IMG/VR virus record: IMGVR_UViG_2840619991_000006
Coordinates: 52,160-116,159 of that record
Strand: one strand, 5' to 3'
Source of the DNA: a virus
Lineage: Duplodnaviria > Caudoviricetes
DNA length: 64,000 bases
Each line of letters starts with the position of its first letter. The stretch's first letter is position 1. This document shows positions 57,918 to 64,000 of the stretch, one piece after another. Under the pieces are notes generated by a model. The model did no database searches, was not told the origin of the DNA, and was given only the letters and a program-made list of their open reading frames with translations. The position numbers and the translations under genes were made by a program.

Positions 57918-59501
57918 TTACGACAGCAGGCCGGCGCCACGGCCGCCGAACACGGGCGTGACGGAGGGCATCACGAAGTCCTCGATCGGTTCCGGCGCGT
58001 AGGTCAGCACCAGCGCTTCGGCGAAGTCAGGCGACGGGATGCCGCGACGCGCCAGCGACAGCTTGGACTCGATGCCGATCCGCCCCTTCTCGTTCTTCAG
58101 CCATTTGGGGACCGGAAGCTGGCCGGTGAGTTCCTTGCTGTCCGGCAGGACGATGATGTCCTCTAGGAGATGGTCGCAGCCGCCCTCCTGCCCTTCCAGG
58201 AACAGCAGAAGCTCGTGGGACCGCTGGAAGGCGCAGCGCACCGTCCACCAGAGTTCCGCCTTCAGGTTGGCGAACATCTCCTTCGCCTTCCGTCCGTCCG
58301 GCCATTCCGCGTCGCTCGGCGAGTCACCGACGTTGATCGGATAGACCTTCAGCCCGTCCGTGTTGGCGTGCTTCAGCGTGCTGGTGACGGTGTTGCCGAC
58401 ACCGATGGGGTCGTAGTTCATCACCCCGGCGCCGGCCTGTCGCGTCTCTTCGAGCGCGGCGTGCGTCGTCGTGATGTTGTCCGGCGTGTTCCAGGACTTC
58501 GGTATCCTGACCACCGGCCCCTTGCGGACCACCAGCACCGTCTTGCCTTTGCCGCCGCCGCCGACGTCCATCCCGGCCACACCCGGTGCGGTCGGCGATG
58601 TCCAGCGCGCCAGCCGGTCGCCCAGCAGCTTCCCGAGCTTGACGGCGGCCTGCACCCACGGGCCGGGGATGCAGACACCCTCCGCCGAGGCGCCGTAATC
58701 CAGTTCGTATTCCTGCGCCCATGTCACCGGGTCGGTGGAAGCCTTCTTGCGCGCGATCCATTCCGGCGTCTTGCGGGGATCATCCTCCAGCCGGAACGTG
58801 AAGACCTTCACGCTGTCGTTCTGGCGCTTCCGATAAAACAGGTTGCCCATGCCGTTGACGGAGGAGACCCAGCCACGGCAGTCGGCGTTGCCGATGATGG
58901 CCGCCTCGACCTTCTCGGCCTGATCGATGTGGGCGCCCTCATCCACGATGTAGATGGAGCTGCGGCCGCCGCGTCCCATGTTCTTGCCGCCCTGCCCGCT
59001 GATCACGCTGCCGTTTGCGGGGTTGATGAGGCGCATGTACAGGCTGTGCCGCCGCTCATCGAAGCCGGGCGGCAGCATCCATAGTGGAAGCCGCTTCAGG
59101 ATGATCCGGGCTTTTTCGAAGATCGAGTCCGGATCACCGGCCTTGTCGACGGCATCCTCGACACGGCTGCCGAACGTCGCCTTGAAGGCATCATGGAACA
59201 GCCAGCGGTGCACGCAGAACGCAACCGTCAGGTAGGACGCCCCGGCGTCACGGCACTTCTCGACGAGCCACTCGTCCCCGTTCTCGACGCATTCCTGGAG
59301 CCACCACAGGAACTCGACCTGCTTCGGGAACAGGTCGAACGGCATGAAGGGGGACTTGTCCTTCCCGATCTCGCGGGGATCGTAGGTCCAGCACCAATCG
59401 TTGACGAAATCGACGACGTTATGGGCGAGGTGCGCCTTTGTGAGCACCTGGAGCTTCCTGTCCCGCGCCGTCCTCTGGGCAAGCTCTAAGCGCCTCAGCA
59501 T
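57918..59501 (-). CDS. terL: Terminase large subunit
   Basis: EKCRDAGAS Walker A, IVDEGAH Walker B, GMDVGGGG nuclease, SPDFAEAL; start 59501 or 59555. Confidence 0.92.
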   Translation of the reverse strand: MLRRLELAQRTARDRKLQVLTKAHLAHNVVDFVNDWCWTYDPREIGKDKSPFMPFDLFPKQVEFLWWLQECVENGDEWLVEKCRDAGASYLTVAFCVHRWLFHDAFKATFGSRVEDAVDKAGDPDSIFEKARIILKRLPLWMLPPGFDERRHSLYMRLINPANGSVISGQGGKNMGRGGRSSIYIVDEGAHIDQAEKVEAAIIGNADCRGWVSSVNGMGNLFYRKRQNDSVKVFTFRLEDDPRKTPEWIARKKASTDPVTWAQEYELDYGASAEGVCIPGPWVQAAVKLGKLLGDRLARWTSPTAPGVAGMDVGGGGKGKTVLVVRKGPVVRIPKSWNTPDNITTTHAALEETRQAGAGVMNYDPIGVGNTVTSTLKHANTDGLKVYPINVGDSPSDAEWPDGRKAKEMFANLKAELWWTVRCAFQRSHELLLFLEGQEGGCDHLLEDIIVLPDSKELTGQLPVPKWLKNEKGRIGIESKLSLARRGIPSPDFAEALVLTYAPEPIEDFVMPSVTPVFGGRGAGLLS

Positions 59502-60354
59502 AGAGGCGTGCAAGCTCGGCCGGGGAGAGCTTGTCGTAACCGGAGTTTCGGACATCGACGCTCATCTCCGCATCCACCTTCACCGGTGTTCCGTCCGGCG
59601 AACTGTGGCCCTGGTTGTCGGTGGTCTGGCCCAGCGCCAGCCGCCCGATGGCATGGGCGATGCGGATGCCGTCTACCGTTTCCCGGTATTCCTTCGGCGA
59701 GAGCGGACGCCGCGTCGGCGGCTTTCCGTCCCCTCCCCCTTCCTCCCTGCCGAGAAGGATTTTCGCACCCACCGTCATGGCCGCTTCCGCGATCTTCACT
59801 GCCTTGGCGTCGAAGGCCGCCGTGGTAGTGGCCAGGGCGACGGCGCTGCTGTCCAGGGTCCGGCGCACCGGATCGGCGTGGACCGGCTTCGACGGCAGCG
59901 GGACCTCATCCGCATAGGTTACAGGCGTTTGCGGCGCTGCTGGCGTGGCCGGCAATTCCGGTTCCATCTGCACGCCCTGCTCTGCGGCGCGTGTGCGGGC
60001 CTCCGCCTCCATCGCCTCTTCGGCCGCCAGGATGGATGCCTTCTGGACCTCGGCTGCGGCGGCGACGCCACGCTGGCGCAGCGCGCGTTCCGTCTCCCAG
60101 CCTTCGCGGTTCGAACGCTCCGAGATTTTCGTTCGGGGTGCCCCGAACAGTTCGTTCAGCTTCGACGGGCCGGGATAGATCAACTTCCCGTCGTCGATCA
60201 CCCCTTCGACAAACGCCCGCTTGATCGCGGCCCAGTCATGGCGGTGCTGGAGTTTCTTGCCGGTCCCGGCCGCCGTCACCCCCTTGGTCCCGGAGGTGAC
60301 GGACTGTGACCCTAGTCCTGCATTTTTGGGGTGTTTCGAGTGCTCATGGGGCAT
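59419..60354 (-). CDS. Putative terminase small subunit
   Basis: DWAAIKRAFVEG..HTH..REGW N-terminus; LSPAELARLY near the C-terminus; upstream of terL. Confidence 0.65.
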   Translation of the reverse strand: MPHEHSKHPKNAGLGSQSVTSGTKGVTAAGTGKKLQHRHDWAAIKRAFVEGVIDDGKLIYPGPSKLNELFGAPRTKISERSNREGWETERALRQRGVAAAAEVQKASILAAEEAMEAEARTRAAEQGVQMEPELPATPAAPQTPVTYADEVPLPSKPVHADPVRRTLDSSAVALATTTAAFDAKAVKIAEAAMTVGAKILLGREEGGGDGKPPTRRPLSPKEYRETVDGIRIAHAIGRLALGQTTDNQGHSSPDGTPVKVDAEMSVDVRNSGYDKLSPAELARLYAEALRACPEDGAGQEAPGAHKGAPRP

Positions 60355-60646
60355 CGCTTCACCTGTCACACGGCCTCATTCGCCCTCATCTCATCGCAGG
60401 GCATTCACGTAACATTCTGTTCTGACGCAATTATTTTGTTCAGTTACGCCGCGTCACGCGGGAGGGGGTGACGGGTGTCACCCGCCGATATCGGCATCAT
60501 CGGAACCCAAGGTAAACATTCTCTTTGAAGGACACAGTACCTTTAAACCTCGCCTCAGGCTCCACCTTCAGGCTCGACACGCTCCGGAGCGCTCCGTTAC
60601 AGCTACAGCTATAGCGAGCATCTAATTCAACCCATAGGAGCGCTAT

Positions 60647-61177
60647 ATGAGCCCGATCCGAGACCTTTCCGGACCCAACCTCGTCGCCCTTTACAATGCC
60701 CTCGCGGAAGCATCGGTGAAGCGGTTTGAAACCCGAGCCGCAGGTATCAAGCGCGTCATCGACCACATCTCGCAGTACAACCTCGACGACGAAGCCGTGC
60801 GATTGGCAATGGCGAAGGCCTGCTTTCCCACCGTACCGCAGGACGACGATGTGCCGACCGCCCCACCAACGATGGTGGATGTATCTTCACCCGGGCCCGT
60901 CGTGACGTCCCCCTACGTCTCCCCCGAACCTTCCCCGCGTTTCCCGAAGCCCGGTACCAAGCCCCGCATCATCATCGATCTGGTGTGTCGTGAAGGTGGT
61001 GCAACGATGGTGGAGTTGATCACCGCCACGGGATGGAAGCGGTGCTCCGGCACTCTCTCGGTTCTCAATCGCACCTTCGGGCTTGGGGTGCGGCGGGAGA
61101 AGGGCGGTGACGGTGTCACCCGGTTCCAGGGCAGGTTTCCCGTTGTGGCAGTTGCCGGCCCCGTGGTGGCCCAATGA
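60647..61177 (+). CDS. DUF3489-like winged-helix protein
   Basis: PGTK..IIDLVCREGGATMVELITATGW motif. Confidence 0.65.
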   Translation: MSPIRDLSGPNLVALYNALAEASVKRFETRAAGIKRVIDHISQYNLDDEAVRLAMAKACFPTVPQDDDVPTAPPTMVDVSSPGPVVTSPYVSPEPSPRFPKPGTKPRIIIDLVCREGGATMVELITATGWKRCSGTLSVLNRTFGLGVRREKGGDGVTRFQGRFPVVAVAGPVVAQ

Positions 61178-61437
61178 ACCCGCGGCGTCGCCCATCGAAA
61201 GGGGCTCTGGCTTGGGCGGCCTATGAAGCCGCCCAGCTTCCAAAGACCGATCACTACACCGCACACCTCCGGGTCAGTCCGACCGAGAAGTACACCGTCC
61301 GCTGCGAAACGCGGGAGGAGGCTTTCGCCACGGCCCGGCGTCTCACGGCGGAGAAGTCAAAGTTCGGCCGCTGCGCGCTGGTCTACGCTGTCACGACCGA
61401 CGGAGTTGCTATCCACATCTCCGAACCGGTGCGCTAA
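61174..61437 (+). CDS. Hypothetical protein
   Basis: ATGA-coupled to previous gene. Confidence 0.55.
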   Translation: MNPRRRPSKGALAWAAYEAAQLPKTDHYTAHLRVSPTEKYTVRCETREEAFATARRLTAEKSKFGRCALVYAVTTDGVAIHISEPVR

Positions 61438-62972
61438 GCGGCGGCCGTATCGGTGCCGCTGGGTGCCGCCGGCATGTCTCCGAATTCAACTTCCCCTATG
61501 GCCTTCGTCGCGGCGACAGGATCGCCTTTGCAGAAGACGACAACGTTCTGGTGCGTCTTCCCCAATTTCCGGCTGGCGGTGAACTGGGACCCGACGCGGA
61601 TCGGGAGAGAGCCGACCTGCGTGACCAGGATCGCCTCATTGTAGAGTTTCGCCCCGGCATCCTCGAACGCCTGGATCGTGTGGGCGGGGAAATTTCGGTA
61701 GAAGCCCTTCCGGTCCCGAAAATCCCCGATCACGAAGCAGGCGAACCGATCGTCTTTCAGAAGCGAGACGGTGCCGGCAATGATATCCCGATAGGCGGAC
61801 AGGAAATCGGCATAGTCGAGCGTCGAGAGATCGGCCGGATCGTTGCTGTAGACCTCCAGGTCACCATAGGGCGGGCAGCCGAAAATGAAATCGGCGTGGA
61901 CGTCCTTGCAGGCTCTGGCGATGGTCCGGCTGTCACCCTCAATCCAGGTCGGAACCGGCGCCGTGCAGATGGTGGCGCCCTGCTCCTGGTTGGCTGCGAC
62001 CTGTTCGGCGCGCAATTCCATGCCGACATAAGGCCGACCGAGACGGCTGGCCACCACACCTCGGACGCTACCACCGGCGAACGGGTCGACGATAGTCCCG
62101 CCAAGCGGGCAGAACCAGCGATAGGCCAACTCGCACATCACGGGGTCGAAAATGCTGGTTTGCCCCATGATGGAGACGCCGCGCCGCTTCGCCTCGTCGA
62201 GCACGTCCTCCCAGGCCGGCTCCCGTCCGAGCCGTTCCCGCATTTCGTTCTTCAGCCCATAGACCGCTTGGCTCTGGGCGGATTGATTGAACAGGAGGTC
62301 TTCGCCGCGCCCGATTTCGCTCTTGATGCCGAGCGACAACCAGGCACGTTTCCGTTCCTGCCACCAGCCTTCCCGGGCGTTCAGTACCGTGAAGGGCGAC
62401 ACTCCGAACCGGGCGGAGAGCGAGCCGATGCGATTTCGGCCCTGTTCGGGTGGCGAAGCTTGACCGGGCGGTTCTCCCGCGGCCTCACCCAGAGCCGCCA
62501 AGGCCTCATCCAGATTGCCAATTCCATCAAGGCCGGCGTCGGTGGCTAATCCCGCCAACATGACTTGGAGCGCAATGTCCTCCGCCTCGATTTCCCGGAG
62601 CAAAGCCGCGAGCGCGCCTTGATCCGCTTCGGCCAAAGCGGCAAGAGGATCGAGAGTGGCGAGGACGAGCGCTTCTTCCTCTTCGGACAGATCGACAACC
62701 ACCACCGGCATCTGCTCCTGGCCGTTCCGCCGGGCGAGGTCGAGGCGGGCTTTCCCGTCCACGAGTCGGCCAGTTCTGGTGTTGACGATCAGCGGCTTGA
62801 CCATCCCGACGGTGTCCAGGACGCTGCGGAGCGCTTCCACCTGGGCTTCGGGGTGAAGGCGCCAAGCCTTCGGATTTTCAAGAATTTCCGCTACCGGCAT
62901 CAGCCGGTAGCCGATGATGCGGTTCTTCCAGCGGAAGGATTCTCCCGCCGATTGCATTCCTTCGTGTGACAT
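61434..62972 (-). CDS. ParB-like N-terminal domain fused to amino-DNA methyltransferase
   Basis: NPKAWRLHP..LVDGKARL ParB-like; TSIFDPV, DPFAGGS SAM motif, CPPYGDLEVYS catalytic motif. Confidence 0.85.
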   Translation of the reverse strand: MSHEGMQSAGESFRWKNRIIGYRLMPVAEILENPKAWRLHPEAQVEALRSVLDTVGMVKPLIVNTRTGRLVDGKARLDLARRNGQEQMPVVVVDLSEEEEALVLATLDPLAALAEADQGALAALLREIEAEDIALQVMLAGLATDAGLDGIGNLDEALAALGEAAGEPPGQASPPEQGRNRIGSLSARFGVSPFTVLNAREGWWQERKRAWLSLGIKSEIGRGEDLLFNQSAQSQAVYGLKNEMRERLGREPAWEDVLDEAKRRGVSIMGQTSIFDPVMCELAYRWFCPLGGTIVDPFAGGSVRGVVASRLGRPYVGMELRAEQVAANQEQGATICTAPVPTWIEGDSRTIARACKDVHADFIFGCPPYGDLEVYSNDPADLSTLDYADFLSAYRDIIAGTVSLLKDDRFACFVIGDFRDRKGFYRNFPAHTIQAFEDAGAKLYNEAILVTQVGSLPIRVGSQFTASRKLGKTHQNVVVFCKGDPVAATKAIGEVEFGDMPAAPSGTDTAAA

Positions 62973-63156
62973 GTCTGCACAGCTCTGCGACTATCACCCC
63001 GTCGCCCTGCAGGCGATGACGGGATGGCCGGGTCAACCGGCTCTGGTCTGGCTGTGCGTGGTTACCTCACGCGGCGAAACGGGGCGGCTACCCCGCGGTA
63101 GCCCCCGTCTCCTAACCTTCGAGAAGGTGACGGGAGCTGAAGGCCGGGCCGCTATG

Positions 63157-64000
63157 TGTCAAACGACTTCAGGAACTGGACCGGGGACGACACGAGGAAC
63201 TGGACCCTCGAACGTCATAGCGTGTTCTCGGTGACCGCCGGGGCCGGATTCGTCTTGAGCAGGCCTGCCCGCCGCTTCTCCCGCAGCCGGTAGCTGTCGC
63301 CGCGGATGGTGATAACGTGGCTGTGGTGAAGCAGCCGGTCGAGAATGGCGGTGGCCACCACCGGATCGCCGAACACGGTTCCCCATTCGCTGACCGAACG
63401 GTTGCTGGTCACCAGCATCGAGCCGCGTTCATAACGGCGCGACACCAGCTGGAAGAACAGGTGTGCGGCATTGGGCTCGAACGGCAGGTAGCCGATCTCA
63501 TCAACGATCAGCAGCTTGGCTTTGGCGTAGTGGGCCAGCTTGTCCTCCAGCCGCCCCTCGACGTGCGCCCGGGCGAGCGCGGTGATCAGCTCGGTCGCCT
63601 GCACGAACAGCACCGAGTAGCCGTGCCGCACCGCCTCGCGGCCGAGCGCCACGGCCAAGTGCGATTTCCCCACCCCCGGCGGCCCGAGCAGCAGCAGGGC
63701 GTCGCCGTTGGCCACCCAGCGGCACGCCGCCAAGTCCCGGATCTGCTTGGGATCGAGCGACGGCTGGGCGTCGAAGTCGAAGCCCTCCAGCGTGCGCACG
63801 AAGGGAAACTTGGCGATGCCCAGGCCCATCTGGATGCGCCGCTCCTCCCGGTGCGCCACTTCCGCCTCGCACAGCAGGGCCAGGGTCTCGCGCAGGCTCA
63901 GCTCGCGCCGGGCGGCCTCGTCGAGCAGCGTGTCGAGGCGGTCGCGCAGCGCCGTCAGCTTCAGGCGCGCCAGCATCTCGGGCAGATGGTCGGCGTCCAT
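63157..64000 (-). mobile_element. IS21-family insertion sequence, right end (continues beyond the window)
   Basis: Terminus TGTCAAACG with two AGGAACTGGACC subterminal repeats, next to the istB stop. Confidence 0.85.
63215..64000 (-). CDS. istB: IS21 transposition helper ATPase IstB
   Basis: GPPGVGKSH, LLIVDEIGY, AILDRLLHH, GDSYRL. Confidence 0.96.
   Translation of the reverse strand: MDADHLPEMLARLKLTALRDRLDTLLDEAARRELSLRETLALLCEAEVAHREERRIQMGLGIAKFPFVRTLEGFDFDAQPSLDPKQIRDLAACRWVANGDALLLLGPPGVGKSHLAVALGREAVRHGYSVLFVQATELITALARAHVEGRLEDKLAHYAKAKLLIVDEIGYLPFEPNAAHLFFQLVSRRYERGSMLVTSNRSVSEWGTVFGDPVVATAILDRLLHHSHVITIRGDSYRLREKRRAGLLKTNPAPAVTENTL

Overview
GC-rich alphaproteobacterial (Rhodospirillales/Azospirillum-like, inferred from MucR and a GAAC-N7-GAAC LexA box) temperate phage region that looks like a phage-plasmid. 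Left to right: a + strand early-gene cluster with a repeat-containing C5 DNA methyltransferase and a TrpF-like protein (1-7.5 kb); a plasmid replicon (RepA with iterons, ParA, an unusual partner gene, candidate parS palindromes; 7.6-10.3 kb); cargo (HxlR/quinone reductase, umuDC, NYN; 10.4-16.6 kb); lysis genes interrupted by an anti-phage dCTP deaminase; a long - strand siphovirus-type morphogenesis operon from terminase to tail fibre (22-60 kb); a ParB-methylase; and the end of an IS21 element. The most notable observation is a portal protein with a C-terminal PBECR/RelE-like nuclease domain, followed directly by two ~75-nt covarying pseudoknotted RNA units. Each unit has its own sigma70-like promoter on the opposite strand, which suggests an RNA-partnered nuclease (type III TA-like or RNA-guided) module. 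About eight genes are broken or fused by single missing bases in G/C homopolymers, most likely sequencing error. All family calls come from motif recognition by eye; no searches were run.
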